Origin: Opitutales bacterium
GTDB taxonomy: Bacteria > Verrucomicrobiota > Verrucomicrobiia > Opitutales > PNEW01
DNA length: 64,000 bases
Reading direction: 5' to 3'
NCBI GenBank assembly: GCA_965197745.1
Contig: CBDANS010000006.1
Span: forward strand, 448,001-512,000
This document shows positions 1 through 10,888 of this stretch, piece after piece; the stretch's first letter is position 1, and every line of letters starts with the position of its first letter. The notes below the pieces were generated by a model. The model searched no databases and was not told the DNA's origin. It saw nothing but the letters and a program-made list of their open reading frames with translations. A program made the position numbers and the translations under genes.

Positions 1-612
1 AGACATGGCCTGGGGAAATTTAAACACGCCACCCCTCACACCCTGGCAATGCGGGTAAAGGACCTCCCCACCGAGAGGGACGAACCGGAACAACTCCTCG
101 GTCATGCTTTTCCCGACGAGTCCTCAAACACGGCGGCCACAGAGTATGGCAGTTGGTGGCATGAAATGATGGAGGAAAATGCCTGGGACAAGAACATGGA
201 GAACTGGAAAAGTCACTGTGCTTCAAAGGCGCAATCTCCCACATGTCCGGATCCTCACAGAGGCAGGGAGGAGATTGAACTTTTTTTTTATTCTCAACTG
301 ACGGCACAATTGACGGCACACGATTATAGAATCCAAACGGAGGTGCCATTTCTCTGGCGTGATGATGAGGACAGCGTCTTTGAGGGCCTGATCGATTTCG
401 TAGCCTATGATCACACCCTGAAGCAATGGATGGTTATCGACTGGAAAACACATCAAGCCACCGCACAGAATTTTACCGCTGACCTTGTCAAGCAATATAC
501 ACCCCAATTATCAGCTTATGCCAACGCCCTTCATGGAATTTCCGGTGAACCGGTTAAAACCTATTTGTATTCAACAGCACTCGGTCAATTGTTAGCGATC
601 GAGGACAGTTGA
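1..612 (+). CDS. C-terminal PD-(D/E)XK nuclease domain of an AddA/UvrD-type helicase-nuclease (5' truncated by window edge)
   Basis: Frame is open from base 1; RecB-type nuclease motifs G..WH, EVPF, EGLIDFV, VIDWKT, QLSAY. Confidence 0.8.
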   Translation, partial: RHGLGKFKHATPHTLAMRVKDLPTERDEPEQLLGHAFPDESSNTAATEYGSWWHEMMEENAWDKNMENWKSHCASKAQSPTCPDPHRGREEIELFFYSQLTAQLTAHDYRIQTEVPFLWRDDEDSVFEGLIDFVAYDHTLKQWMVIDWKTHQATAQNFTADLVKQYTPQLSAYANALHGISGEPVKTYLYSTALGQLLAIEDS

Positions 613-666
613 ATTATTGGGGGAAAGAAAAGAGTCTTTACCGCTATAGGAAAAAGCAGAAAACTG

Positions 667-2289
667 ATGACTATAATAATGAGACTTGCTAACTTCTTTA
701 CGATTATCCGATGTCCATTCATTTTTATCTCATTAATTGCTTGCGCCTGGATACTGAATGGATGCTCACGCGTTAAGCAATTAGAGGATCAACCCGCTGC
801 TTTTATTTTTGCCCGGGGTAGTGACGCGCAGAAACTCGATCCTGCTGATATTGACGATGGCGAATCGGTAAACACGCTGGCCCAGATATGTGAAGGTCTC
901 GTTCGTTTTAAAAGCGGCACTCTGGAGATCCAACCCTGGTTAGCCCAATCCTATACTATTTCGAATGACGGCCTAACCTACACTTTCAAGTTACGTGAAG
1001 GCGTAAAATTCCACGACGGATCTTCCCTTGATGCGACAGCAGCGCTCTTTACATTTAAAAGGCAAATAGATCCCGCGCACCCAGCACATTTCCCTACGGC
1101 CAGCTTTCAATACTGGGAAAATCTATTCCGGGAAATTAGGGAAATTCACGCGCCTGAGCCGATGACGCTTCAATTCGAGCTCAATGAACCTAACGCTTCT
1201 ATACTCTATTCCCTTGCCACTTTTCCCGCCTGGCTAATCAGTCCCAGGGCTTTTGAAAAGTATGACCGGGCGATGATACGTCATCCCGTTGGCACCGGCC
1301 CCTACCGGTTCGTGGACTGGATACCGAACCAGGCGATAATTCTTGAGAAAAACCCGGATTACTGGGGTAAACCCGCCCTGTTTGAGCGACTGGTCATGCG
1401 TTCCATTCCCGATAACACGGTACGCCTTTTAGAGCTTAAGTCAGATAAGATCCATGCTCTCGACGGTCTCCAGCCAGCAGAATTAAAAGTGATTACTGAC
1501 GATCCAAAATTCACCATCCACTCGCAGCCGGGAATGAATGTAGGTTATTTGGCCATCAGCCATTTTTCAGAACGTCTTAGAAATTCAGAAATCCGCCATG
1601 CCATCGCCATGGCTATTGACCGCCAGGCGATTGTCGATCTCGCCCTGGATGGATACGCCGTCGTCGCCGAATACCCTATTCCTCCGGGGTTTCTCGGTGA
1701 ACCAGAAAATGGTAAACCGCCGATGCGTTTTGATCCTGAAACTGCGCGCGCTATAATTAATAAATATCCGGAGTTACACACCCGGCCCGTTGAACTCCAC
1801 ACCTTCACGGCTCCCCGACCGTACTTTCCTGATCCCTTGAAAATTGCCTCTCTAATCCGAAGCGATCTTGAGAAAGTAGGGCTGAAAGTGGAAATTATCA
1901 CCCGGGATTTTAAAAGTCACCTTGTCGTCGCGCGCCGTGGGCAATTCGAACTTGGGCTCCTCGGGTGGTCCGGGGATAACGGCGACACCGATAACTTCCT
2001 CGCAACTTTTTTTGCCAGTTGGGCTGCAGTTGAAGACTCGGCCACGAATATCTCTTTTTATAAAAATAAGGCGATGGATAATTTGCTTGTTGCCGGACGC
2101 CAGAAGACCGATCTCCGGCAACGCCAGAAAATATACGAAGAGGCCCTTACCCTGTGGGCGCGTGACCTGCCACTCATTCCTCTTCTTCACTCTGAACAGA
2201 TTGTTGTCACGCGTTCTGAAGTGACAGGATTCCAACTTCAAAAAACAGCAAATTTGTTTTTCGGATCAGTCGGTTGGCAAGTTCCTTAA
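667..2289 (+). CDS. ABC transporter peptide-binding lipoprotein (DppA-like, SBP family 5)
   Basis: Lipobox LNGC; LDPA, EGLVRF, YTFKLREGVKFHDG, PVGTGPYRF, GWSGDNGD motifs. Confidence 0.9.
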   Translation: MTIIMRLANFFTIIRCPFIFISLIACAWILNGCSRVKQLEDQPAAFIFARGSDAQKLDPADIDDGESVNTLAQICEGLVRFKSGTLEIQPWLAQSYTISNDGLTYTFKLREGVKFHDGSSLDATAALFTFKRQIDPAHPAHFPTASFQYWENLFREIREIHAPEPMTLQFELNEPNASILYSLATFPAWLISPRAFEKYDRAMIRHPVGTGPYRFVDWIPNQAIILEKNPDYWGKPALFERLVMRSIPDNTVRLLELKSDKIHALDGLQPAELKVITDDPKFTIHSQPGMNVGYLAISHFSERLRNSEIRHAIAMAIDRQAIVDLALDGYAVVAEYPIPPGFLGEPENGKPPMRFDPETARAIINKYPELHTRPVELHTFTAPRPYFPDPLKIASLIRSDLEKVGLKVEIITRDFKSHLVVARRGQFELGLLGWSGDNGDTDNFLATFFASWAAVEDSATNISFYKNKAMDNLLVAGRQKTDLRQRQKIYEEALTLWARDLPLIPLLHSEQIVVTRSEVTGFQLQKTANLFFGSVGWQVP

Positions 2290-2327
2290 TTGTTCAACAG
2301 ATAGCTGCATAGCCACTATCAAAAACC

Positions 2328-3374
2328 ATGACAGGTGTCAGACAGAACCAGAAACTTAAGGCGTTTTCGGGATATTTGCTGCAGAAACTGGGCACCTTGC
2401 TCCTCGTCTTTATCAGCGCTAGCGCGATCCTTTTTACTGCCGTCAATTTCGTGCCCGGTGATCCCATATCGCTGCGATTAAAAAATCCGGATCCCGAACG
2501 GGTAGCTGCCATACGTAAAGAGCTGGGGCTTGATGCTCCTTTGCTTCATCAATACCTCCATTATACTATTAATTTCCTGCGTGGCAAATGGGGTGAAAGT
2601 TTAATCACCGGGCAGAAAGTGAGTGAAGAGATAAATGAATATTTTCCGGCGACCATGGAACTGGCGCTTATTGCCTTGATCCTGGGTGTGACCCTCGGTC
2701 TCATCGCAGCGCTCTGTGCGCAATGGTTTAAGTTCAGCCTGTGGCGCAATACCGCTCTTGCTCTGGGGGCACTGGGTCTGACCGTACCTATTTTCTGGCT
2801 GGGTTTAATGCTCATTGTTGTGGGCAGTCTGTGGATGGGCTGGTTTCCCACAGGGGGCCGTTTCGATTACGCTATGCCTCTACCGCGAGGGAGCGGATTT
2901 CTTCTTTTCGATTCTTTAGCTTCCGGGCGATTCGATATGTTTCAAGTTGCCTGTCATCATCTCGCCTTACCGGTTTGCTGCCTTGCACTTTATCCGGCAG
3001 CTCTGGTTTGCGGTGTCTTACAAGCACGATTGGAAGACCCCCGTATTCAAGAATTAGTCAGTGCTCTGAAAGCCAAAGGGCTGGCCGGATGGCAGATCTG
3101 GTTTAAGCACATCCTTCGATTGCTGGGGGCCGCTGTGATCACCGTCGTCGGCACAAACTTTGGTGCTCTGCTCGGTGGTGCGGTCCTCACCGAATCGGTC
3201 TTTTCCTGGCCCGGTATGGGTCGCTACCTCGTGGGTGCTGTTTTAAACCGCGATCTTTACGTTATCGAAAACGGTCTGCTTCTCGTCATCTTATTGGCCT
3301 ACCTGAGCATCACTCTCGCTGATGTGCTGGCCTTTCTTGCTAATCCCACCGTAAAGCAGAATAACGATCCGTGA
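2328..3374 (+). CDS. ABC peptide transporter permease (DppB-like)
   Basis: PGDP, LGLD.P...QY, G.SL, P.FWLG, GGAVLTESVFSWPGMGR motifs. Confidence 0.88.
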   Translation: MTGVRQNQKLKAFSGYLLQKLGTLLLVFISASAILFTAVNFVPGDPISLRLKNPDPERVAAIRKELGLDAPLLHQYLHYTINFLRGKWGESLITGQKVSEEINEYFPATMELALIALILGVTLGLIAALCAQWFKFSLWRNTALALGALGLTVPIFWLGLMLIVVGSLWMGWFPTGGRFDYAMPLPRGSGFLLFDSLASGRFDMFQVACHHLALPVCCLALYPAALVCGVLQARLEDPRIQELVSALKAKGLAGWQIWFKHILRLLGAAVITVVGTNFGALLGGAVLTESVFSWPGMGRYLVGAVLNRDLYVIENGLLLVILLAYLSITLADVLAFLANPTVKQNNDP

Positions 3375-3396
3375 CAATGACCCCAGGTGTTTATAA

Positions 3397-4173
3397 ATGA
3401 ACCGCTTCAATACTGTATTAGAGTACCTTGCCTTCGGCGCATTGATTTTATCGCTGCTGGGTTTGCTTTACACCCCTTACGATCCGTTGGAGCAAAATTT
3501 TCGGGATGACGCTTTTTCCCGTGCAACCGTAAACCACTGGTTGGGTATTGATGGTCTTGGTCGTGACTTTGGCAGCCGCCTTTGGCGGGGCGCTGGTAAT
3601 ACTGTGGCCATGGCGCTTATGGCCTTAACTTTAAATTTCATTATCGCGTCAAGCCTCCTTTACCTCGATCAAAGTGGCCCACGGTGGTTGCAGCATCTCA
3701 TTCCTTTAGGGATAGGAATATGGGTGGCGATTCCGGTGCTTCTTTTCGGACTCGTGCTCCTCGTATTCCTCAAACCATCGACGGGAACACTGGTTGTCGC
3801 TGCCTCCCTTGGAAACGTGCCACTCGCCTATCGTCAATTAAGAATACTTTGGTTAGAGCAACGAAACGCTCTCTATGTTCGTGCGAGTGAAATCTTAGGA
3901 GCAGGACGGCGCCATTTATTGATTTATACCTTGTGGCCTAATCTGCGTCCGGATCTCCTCGGTCTGGCTAAACTTATTTTAGCGATCAGTGTTTTAGAGC
4001 TCAGCGGGCTGGCTTTTCTCGGGCTTATCGGGGATCCGGACTTTCCTGAGCTTGGCGCTATTCTCAAGCAGAACCAGTCTTATCTCTTTCGTAGTCCTAT
4101 GCTTGTTGTCTGGCCGGGTATAATTCTCTGTTCCCTTCTCTTGATATTACATCTCTCCAAACCGCGAACTTAA
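3397..4173 (+). CDS. ABC peptide transporter permease (DppC-like, divergent)
   Basis: PYDP, HWLG.DGLGRD, YVRAS..LGA, L.FLGL, WPG motifs. Confidence 0.82.
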   Translation: MNRFNTVLEYLAFGALILSLLGLLYTPYDPLEQNFRDDAFSRATVNHWLGIDGLGRDFGSRLWRGAGNTVAMALMALTLNFIIASSLLYLDQSGPRWLQHLIPLGIGIWVAIPVLLFGLVLLVFLKPSTGTLVVAASLGNVPLAYRQLRILWLEQRNALYVRASEILGAGRRHLLIYTLWPNLRPDLLGLAKLILAISVLELSGLAFLGLIGDPDFPELGAILKQNQSYLFRSPMLVVWPGIILCSLLLILHLSKPRT

Positions 4174-4185
4174 ATAAATTCAAGC

Positions 4186-4566
4186 TTAATTGTTTTCAAG
4201 TAGTTCTATCTCGTAGCCGTCAGGGTCATCGACAAAAGCCATCTTCAATCCGGTGACAAATTTCTCCCGCCAACCATCCGGCCAGATTTCTAAGCCCGCC
4301 TTTTCCAGTTTGTCGCAATAGGCAATCAGATCGGGCACGCCTATGGCAAAGTGCATCAAGTCTTCGGGAACATTTACTTTGTAGTCAGAAGAATAAGTTA
4401 ATTCCAAAGTATGGGCATTGCCCGGCAGTTCCAGGTGCACGATCTGGTTCCCGGCGGGCGATTTGTCCGATCGGCTCTTCACTTGAAATTCGAAGTTGTC
4501 ACAATAGAATTTAATCGACCTTTCAAGATCGCTTACTCGTATACGGGTGTGTAAAAATAATGCCAT
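4186..4566 (-). CDS. VOC family protein / lactoylglutathione lyase (glyoxalase I-like)
   Basis: LHTRIRVSDLERSIKFY, LELTY, HFAIGV, FVDDPDGYEIEL. Confidence 0.85.
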   Translation of the reverse strand: MALFLHTRIRVSDLERSIKFYCDNFEFQVKSRSDKSPAGNQIVHLELPGNAHTLELTYSSDYKVNVPEDLMHFAIGVPDLIAYCDKLEKAGLEIWPDGWREKFVTGLKMAFVDDPDGYEIELLENN

Positions 4567-4642
4567 AGATTTATCCTCTTTAATTTAATTACCATTTTTA
4601 CATTGGAGTTATTAAAAAGTCTGTCCATCCTTTTAATGCAAA

Positions 4643-5611
4643 ATGGAGAGTGAAAATGAATATCGGTCTACGCCGGGGACACACCTCTTTCGTCAATTGC
4701 GTTGGGATGACCTCGATCCGGTTTACCTGCGCCAACTTATTTTTCTTGCTAAAGAAGAAGATTTCGAAGGATCAGGTTTAGCGGCGCTCCCTAAAGTGGT
4801 TGGCGATATTTCGACAAGCAGGCTTGACCTCAAAAATAATCTTGAAGGCGAAGTTGCTATTATCGCCCGGGAGGAAATGATCGTAGCAGGTCTTCCTCTA
4901 ATCCCTATGATCCTCGAGGCTTATGGAGAGGGTTGTGTTTTCAAGCAGAAGGTTGAAGAAGGATCCAGCATTTTAGAAAATGATGTGTTGGCAGAGATAA
5001 CCGGACCGGCTCCTGTTTTATTGTCGTCTGAACGTGTTATCCTGAATTTTCTTCAGCACCTCTCCGGCATTGCAACGCAGACCGCCAGTTACGTAGCGGC
5101 TTTAGGGGATAGCAAAACGCGTCTCCTTGACACCAGAAAAACGACTCCGGGTTACCGCGTTCTGGAAAAGTATGCTGTCGCCCAGGGGGATGGTTGGAAC
5201 CATAGAATGGGTCTCTTTGAATGGGTTTTACTTAAAGACAACCACCTGGCTGTATCTCGCGTGAAAGGCGGTCACGCACTCGCGGAAATGATATGTCATG
5301 TCCGGGAAGGTTCACCCGGTCTCGCCATTGAAGTTGAAGTAGATAATCTCACGCAAATTGATCCTGTCTTAGAGGCAGGAGCAGAAATTATCCTATTCGA
5401 TAATTTCAGTCTCGATGAACTGCGTAAAGCAGTGAATATCGTCGGTAATCGTGCCATTAAAGAAGCCAGTGGGGGAATAACTTATAATATGCTGCCAAAA
5501 ATGGTGGACCTCGGTCTCGATTTCATCTCAGTCGGGGCGCTCATTCACCAAAGCACATGGATAGATATCGGCCTGGATTGGGTGAATCATTTAGGATTGC
5601 CGCACGAATAA
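4643..5611 (+). CDS. nadC: Nicotinate-nucleotide diphosphorylase (quinolinate phosphoribosyltransferase)
   Basis: ERVILNFLQHLSGIAT, DTRKTTPG, NHRMGL, LKDNH, EVEV, EASGGI. Confidence 0.95.
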   Translation: MESENEYRSTPGTHLFRQLRWDDLDPVYLRQLIFLAKEEDFEGSGLAALPKVVGDISTSRLDLKNNLEGEVAIIAREEMIVAGLPLIPMILEAYGEGCVFKQKVEEGSSILENDVLAEITGPAPVLLSSERVILNFLQHLSGIATQTASYVAALGDSKTRLLDTRKTTPGYRVLEKYAVAQGDGWNHRMGLFEWVLLKDNHLAVSRVKGGHALAEMICHVREGSPGLAIEVEVDNLTQIDPVLEAGAEIILFDNFSLDELRKAVNIVGNRAIKEASGGITYNMLPKMVDLGLDFISVGALIHQSTWIDIGLDWVNHLGLPHE

Positions 5612-5686
5612 ATTCCTTAAACTATTCTATCTCTATCATACGTCTGCTTCCAGTGTTACAAGCATGCCTTCACGCCTATATTATTT

Positions 5687-6697
5687 ATGCCTGATCCTGA
5701 CATCATTATTCTTAAATCGCTACTCAATGCGGGGCAGGAATACATCTCCGGGAACATTCTGGCAGGAAAATTAGGGCTTTCCCGGGTGGGTGTTTGGGCC
5801 CGCTTCGAAAAGTTACGCGAGCAGGGATTTAAATTCGATGCCGTGCGTCATCGCGGGTATAGAATAAACAGTGAACCTCCCGAATTAAATGCCCCCCTTA
5901 TCCGCGCCTACCTCGCCAATGAAAAATCTTCAGCAAAAATTGTTTTTTTTCCGGAGATTGATAGCACTAACGCTGAAGGAGAACGACAATTGGCTGATGG
6001 CCGAACCGCTCCCTTTGTCGTCATTGCTTCCAAACAGCAAGAGGGGCGTGGGCGATTGGGAAGAAAATGGCACAGTCCCGAAGAGGGTAATATTTATATG
6101 AGTTTTGTCTTTCGACCACAACTCCCCCCTGCCAGGATGCAGCCATTTACATTGTGGATGGGTCTTAATATGTGCGTGTTACTGAATCGCGAATGCAACC
6201 TGCCTGTGCAGTTAAAATGGCCCAATGATATTGTGCTTAAAAAGAAAAAAGTGGCGGGCATCTTGACGGAAGCGAGGGTTGATGCCGACCAGATGCGCGA
6301 TTTGATTTTAGGCATCGGGCTCAATGTCAATAGCGACTGTAAACACTGGCCCAAAAACATTGCTTCCACCGCGATCTCACTGGCTTCAGTTATGGAAAAA
6401 CCGCTGCCTATAAACAGGTTCGCCACCAGTCTCGTTATCACCGGTCAGGATGCTTACAAAAAATTCCGGGACGGATCTTACAAAACGGAATTTCCTCATC
6501 TTTGGGATCAATATAATGCTTTAAGCGGTGTTGAGGTTACGGTGAAATCTCAATCTGAGTCCTTGTGCGGCACGGTTACCGGAATCGATGAAGAAGGTTC
6601 TTTGCTCTTACGCGACGAAGATGAAAAACAGCATGTGCTGCGAGCGGGAGAAGTCAGTCTCGGCAGCCATGATACATTCGCCTCCTTATCCTCATGA
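5687..6697 (+). CDS. birA: Bifunctional biotin-protein ligase / repressor
   Basis: N-terminal HTH (ISG..LA.KLGLSR), DSTN, Q..GRGRLGRKW.SP, KWPND, KVAGIL.E, GIGLNV. Confidence 0.95.
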   Translation: MPDPDIIILKSLLNAGQEYISGNILAGKLGLSRVGVWARFEKLREQGFKFDAVRHRGYRINSEPPELNAPLIRAYLANEKSSAKIVFFPEIDSTNAEGERQLADGRTAPFVVIASKQQEGRGRLGRKWHSPEEGNIYMSFVFRPQLPPARMQPFTLWMGLNMCVLLNRECNLPVQLKWPNDIVLKKKKVAGILTEARVDADQMRDLILGIGLNVNSDCKHWPKNIASTAISLASVMEKPLPINRFATSLVITGQDAYKKFRDGSYKTEFPHLWDQYNALSGVEVTVKSQSESLCGTVTGIDEEGSLLLRDEDEKQHVLRAGEVSLGSHDTFASLSS

Positions 6698-7473
6698 AAA
6701 TATTCTGTATCGATATTGGTAATACCACAATCCGTTACGGTTTGGTTCTTGATGCTGAAACAAAAAATCCCGGCAACATTCTTACGCCACGTCTTGAAGA
6801 ACCGGATAATGAACTGATCAATGCTTTGAAGGATGCCTCCCAGGAGAATAGCTCACTCGATGGGATTTCTTTCAGCTCAGTAGTTCCAACCATAACTCCG
6901 AAACTGATACATTTACTAAAAAGTGTGGAATCATCGCTTCCCATACATCAATTAACCTGCGATAATTGTCCTATCCCCATTAATTATCCAAATCCCCGGG
7001 AGATCGGTCAGGATCGTCTTGCTAATGCCATTGGCGCTAAAGCAATTTATGGTCTTCCTTCGATTGTTGTCGATATGGGAACTACCGTGAACTTCGATAT
7101 CGTTACATCACAGGGTTACGAGGGTGGCATCATTGCCCCCGGATTGGGCGTTATCACCCGATACCTCCATGAACAGACGGCTCTGCTTCCGCAACTCGAT
7201 CCCGAAGACTTAATGGTTTCCACTGGAATTGGGAAAACTACGGCTGATGCGATGAAATTAGGGTGCATGGTTGGTTTCGAGGGAATGGTTCGATCACTTT
7301 TGGATTGTGTGAAATGTGAACTAAAAAAACTAGGCCATTCAGAACCTGCCGTTATAGCGACTGGAGGATCTGTGGGTATATTGCCGCAATCATGGAAGAA
7401 TGATATAGCATTTAACAGCGATATTACGTTGCTCGGCTTGGCTTTGGCCTTTACCCAATGCAATAAATATTGA
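6694..7473 (+). CDS. coaX: Type III pantothenate kinase
   Basis: IDIGNT, IG.DR, VVDMGT, GGIIAPG, IATGG; start overlaps the birA stop. Confidence 0.93.
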   Translation: MKIFCIDIGNTTIRYGLVLDAETKNPGNILTPRLEEPDNELINALKDASQENSSLDGISFSSVVPTITPKLIHLLKSVESSLPIHQLTCDNCPIPINYPNPREIGQDRLANAIGAKAIYGLPSIVVDMGTTVNFDIVTSQGYEGGIIAPGLGVITRYLHEQTALLPQLDPEDLMVSTGIGKTTADAMKLGCMVGFEGMVRSLLDCVKCELKKLGHSEPAVIATGGSVGILPQSWKNDIAFNSDITLLGLALAFTQCNKY

Positions 7474-7551
7474 ACATCAATACCCCCTTATGATGTCTAT
7501 ATATAAAAGTATACTCTCGCTGGCTGCTTATTAATCGAATAACTAGAATTT

Positions 7552-8607
7552 ATGCGCAATAACGGACATAGTATCGAAGTTGAAAATTTAACAAAATATT
7601 ATGGCTCCTTAATGGCCATCCATGAAGTTTCGTTTAACGTGGCAAAAGGTGAAATCGTTGGATTTCTCGGGCCCAATGGTGCGGGTAAAAGTACCACCAT
7701 GCGCATCCTCTGTGGCATCATTGCAGCCAGTTCAGGAATTGCTAAAATTTGTGGTATTCCCGTTGCCAGTAATCCTGATGAAATAAAACGTCGCATCGGA
7801 TATATGCCTGAAAATAATCCGCTGCCTGAAGATATGCGCGTCGTTGAATATTTACGTTACCGCGCCCAGCTTAAGGATATTCCACGTAAACAATTAAAAC
7901 CCCGCGTAGAAGAAACACTTGAGATTTGTGATCTCAACCGTAACGCTCGACGGAAAGTTATTGGCACCCTTTCGAAAGGATATCGGCAACGAGTGGGCGT
8001 CGCCGATGCTATTCTATCCAAGCCGGAAGTGATTATCATGGACGAACCGACGATTGGACTCGATCCACATCAAGTGCTCATGATACGCGACCTCATAAAC
8101 AGTCTGCGGGGTGAAATGACCGTGATTATATCCAGTCATATTCTGGCTGAAGTGGAACTGTGCTGTGATCGGGTCATCATTATTAACCAGGGACACATTG
8201 TCGCCAGTGGCACTTCAGATAGCTTGTGCAAAGAATTTATAAGAGACACTACCTATATTCTTAAATTGAAGGGAGACTGCTCCGCGTTGGATCCATTGCT
8301 TAAAACTATAGACCCCGATCTTAAAGTCGGCAATACGACACCGATTGGCAATGACGGTTACTATGAACTTGATTTAAATACCCCTCATTCCCATGACATA
8401 GGTGAAGAAATTTTAAATCGTCTGTATGCCCTACCGCAACTTCGCGTAAGCGGGCTCAGTCGCAAAGTTCCTAATCTGGAAGATATATTCCTCTTTGCCA
8501 CGCGGCGCAGCTGGGAAGAAAGCCTACCCATTACGGCCTCCAATAAAACCGGCGAAGGTGCTAAGAGTAAAATAGAAGCTGCCGCGAAAACCGCAGAGTT
8601 TGAATGA
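7552..8607 (+). CDS. ABC transporter ATP-binding protein (GldA-like)
   Basis: Walker A GPNGAGKST, signature LSKGYRQR, Walker B IIMDEP, SSH. Confidence 0.92.
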   Translation: MRNNGHSIEVENLTKYYGSLMAIHEVSFNVAKGEIVGFLGPNGAGKSTTMRILCGIIAASSGIAKICGIPVASNPDEIKRRIGYMPENNPLPEDMRVVEYLRYRAQLKDIPRKQLKPRVEETLEICDLNRNARRKVIGTLSKGYRQRVGVADAILSKPEVIIMDEPTIGLDPHQVLMIRDLINSLRGEMTVIISSHILAEVELCCDRVIIINQGHIVASGTSDSLCKEFIRDTTYILKLKGDCSALDPLLKTIDPDLKVGNTTPIGNDGYYELDLNTPHSHDIGEEILNRLYALPQLRVSGLSRKVPNLEDIFLFATRRSWEESLPITASNKTGEGAKSKIEAAAKTAEFE

Positions 8608-9359
8608 AGCATTTTCTCAGTTTGCTCAAGCACGAGCTTCGAGCTCTTTTTATCGCTCCTTCAACTTACGTCGCCGGCGTTATTTTTCTCCTTCTTATGG
8701 GGTTCATCTATATCCTTATTCTTGCCGACTTTGCGATGCAACCTCGCGATGGTCTTCCCACAGAAGATTTCTTCCAACTTTACTGGCTTCCCGTTTTTTT
8801 TATTGTGCCACTTTTGACGATGAAAAGCATCGCTGAAGAGCGGCGGTTGGGGACATTGGAAACATTAATGACCACCCCGGTAACCGCGACCGAGATTATC
8901 TTCAGCAAGTTTCTTGCCGCCTATTTGTTTTATTGTTTTCTCTGGCTGATCACCCTGGGATTTCCCCTTATTGTGAAAATCACCATTCAATCGCCATTGG
9001 TGACGGCTAAGCTTCTTGACCCTGCGTCATTGATAGGGGGTTACCTCTTCGTCACCGTCAGTGGATTATTGTTTATCTCCGTAGGTATTTTTTCCAGCAG
9101 TTTGACGCGAAGTCAACTCGTGGCTGGCATGTTCTGTTTTAGCATTCTCTTCATTATTATACTCGGTGTCCCCGCGGTGAAATCGCAAAGTATCGGTTGG
9201 ATCGAATGGGTAAATACTACCTTGGAATATTTTAATAATTTTAAGCATCTCGAAGATTTCGGCCGAGGTGTAATTGATACTCGCCCTATCTTTTTTTACC
9301 TCAGCAATACCGCGCTGGTCCTCGGTATATCTGTTCTCATTACCGAAGCGAAAGTCTAA
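8604..9359 (+). CDS. ABC-2 permease (GldF-like)
   Basis: PLLTMKSIAEERRLGTLETLMTTP, GVIDTR; about six hydrophobic segments. Confidence 0.88.
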   Translation: MKHFLSLLKHELRALFIAPSTYVAGVIFLLLMGFIYILILADFAMQPRDGLPTEDFFQLYWLPVFFIVPLLTMKSIAEERRLGTLETLMTTPVTATEIIFSKFLAAYLFYCFLWLITLGFPLIVKITIQSPLVTAKLLDPASLIGGYLFVTVSGLLFISVGIFSSSLTRSQLVAGMFCFSILFIIILGVPAVKSQSIGWIEWVNTTLEYFNNFKHLEDFGRGVIDTRPIFFYLSNTALVLGISVLITEAKV

Positions 9360-9374
9360 TCCCCGATTATTTCT

Positions 9375-10850
9375 ATGCCCCCACTCGAAAATTATAAATA
9401 TGTAAACTGGATCAAGCGAATTAACCGAGTCGCGCAGATTGTCCTTTGTATCAGTTTTATCGTGGGGTTAAACTACTTCGCCACCAAACGCTACTGGCGA
9501 TCTGATCTCACCCGTAACCATGCTTATTCTCTCTCTCCAGAGACACTTGCTTACATCAGGCAAATCGACAAACCGGTAAAAATCATCGTCACCTTAACCC
9601 CCGGCTCAATTGATGATGACCTGCAACAGGTTTATATCCATATACGCAATTTGCTTAAAGAGTATGAATATGCAGGTCGTATAGGGGGAAAGAAAATGAT
9701 AGAAATTGATGTCGTTGATGTTCTCAAGGAACGCAAAAGAGCCGACTACCTCGCTCGCACCTACGGTATAGAACAACAGGATGTGGTCCTCGTTGTATGT
9801 GAAGATCGCCAGCGGAGATTCATCTTACCTGATATAATTGATATGCAAAATGGTGAATTATCTGCCTTTAAAGGTGAACGGGCTTTCACCTCGGCCCTCA
9901 TCGATGTCTCTAACACTAACCGCCAGAAAGTTTATTTTATCGCCGGTCATGGTGAGATGCGCCTCGATAATGTCGATCCCTTGCGGGGGTTAACGAACCT
10001 CGCTGAAAAACTCCAGTGGGTAAATATTACCCTCGAAACCCTGGACATTACAAGTATCCCTGAAATTCCCGATGACGCCGACCTCATTGTTCTCGCTTCA
10101 CCTCAAGGATCCATTCGTCCTCAAGAGGTTGAAAAATTGCGGAACTATCTCGCTCAGAGTGCTGGCCGGCTTATTGTTTTTATTGAACCGGCGAGAGAGC
10201 ATGGTTTGAGCGATCTGTTTTATGAATGGGGGATTATATCTGATGACATGGTGGTCCTTGATATGGGAGAAGATTTCCAGGCGGCAAGTGGTGATCTTCT
10301 CATTCGACGATTTGCCGCGCACCCTATAACAGATATAATGCGTCTAAACCCCATCCCCGTAATTGCCGGTCTCAGTCGGCCGGTGAGGCAAAATATGGAT
10401 AGACCCGCTGACGAAAGACTCTCGATAACACCCCTCATGAGCAGTTCACCCGAGAGTTGGGCTGAACGCTCTTACCGCCAGAAACTGGATCTGAAATTCA
10501 ATCCTGAAATTGATTTGAAGGGACAGGTAAGCCTGGGCATTATTTCAGAACGAAAAGTATCCTCGCAATTAGGAATCCATGTGGAAGGTGGTCGTCTCGT
10601 AGTTTTCGGGAACGCCGATATTATTTCCAATCAGCGTATGGCTTCGCTCGGCAATCAAATGCTTATTCTCAACACCATCAATTGGTGCCTGGACCGTGAG
10701 CAACTGCTCGCTATTCAATCAAGACCTATTGAAAAATTTCATCTCCTTCTGAGCAGACAGGAATTAATCCAACTTGGCCTGGTCCTCTTAAGTCTACCTG
10801 GTGCAGCTGCTATTTGTGGCATAATGATTTACTGGGTGCGCAGAAATTAA
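9375..10850 (+). CDS. GldG-family ABC auxiliary protein
   Basis: DLT....YSLS.ET, KVYF..GHGE, HPIT, N.INW, C-terminal TM followed by RR. Confidence 0.85.
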   Translation: MPPLENYKYVNWIKRINRVAQIVLCISFIVGLNYFATKRYWRSDLTRNHAYSLSPETLAYIRQIDKPVKIIVTLTPGSIDDDLQQVYIHIRNLLKEYEYAGRIGGKKMIEIDVVDVLKERKRADYLARTYGIEQQDVVLVVCEDRQRRFILPDIIDMQNGELSAFKGERAFTSALIDVSNTNRQKVYFIAGHGEMRLDNVDPLRGLTNLAEKLQWVNITLETLDITSIPEIPDDADLIVLASPQGSIRPQEVEKLRNYLAQSAGRLIVFIEPAREHGLSDLFYEWGIISDDMVVLDMGEDFQAASGDLLIRRFAAHPITDIMRLNPIPVIAGLSRPVRQNMDRPADERLSITPLMSSSPESWAERSYRQKLDLKFNPEIDLKGQVSLGIISERKVSSQLGIHVEGGRLVVFGNADIISNQRMASLGNQMLILNTINWCLDREQLLAIQSRPIEKFHLLLSRQELIQLGLVLLSLPGAAAICGIMIYWVRRN

Positions 10851-10888
10851 TTGACTCCGCGGTTGTTCAATCCAACTCCTTTATTTTA

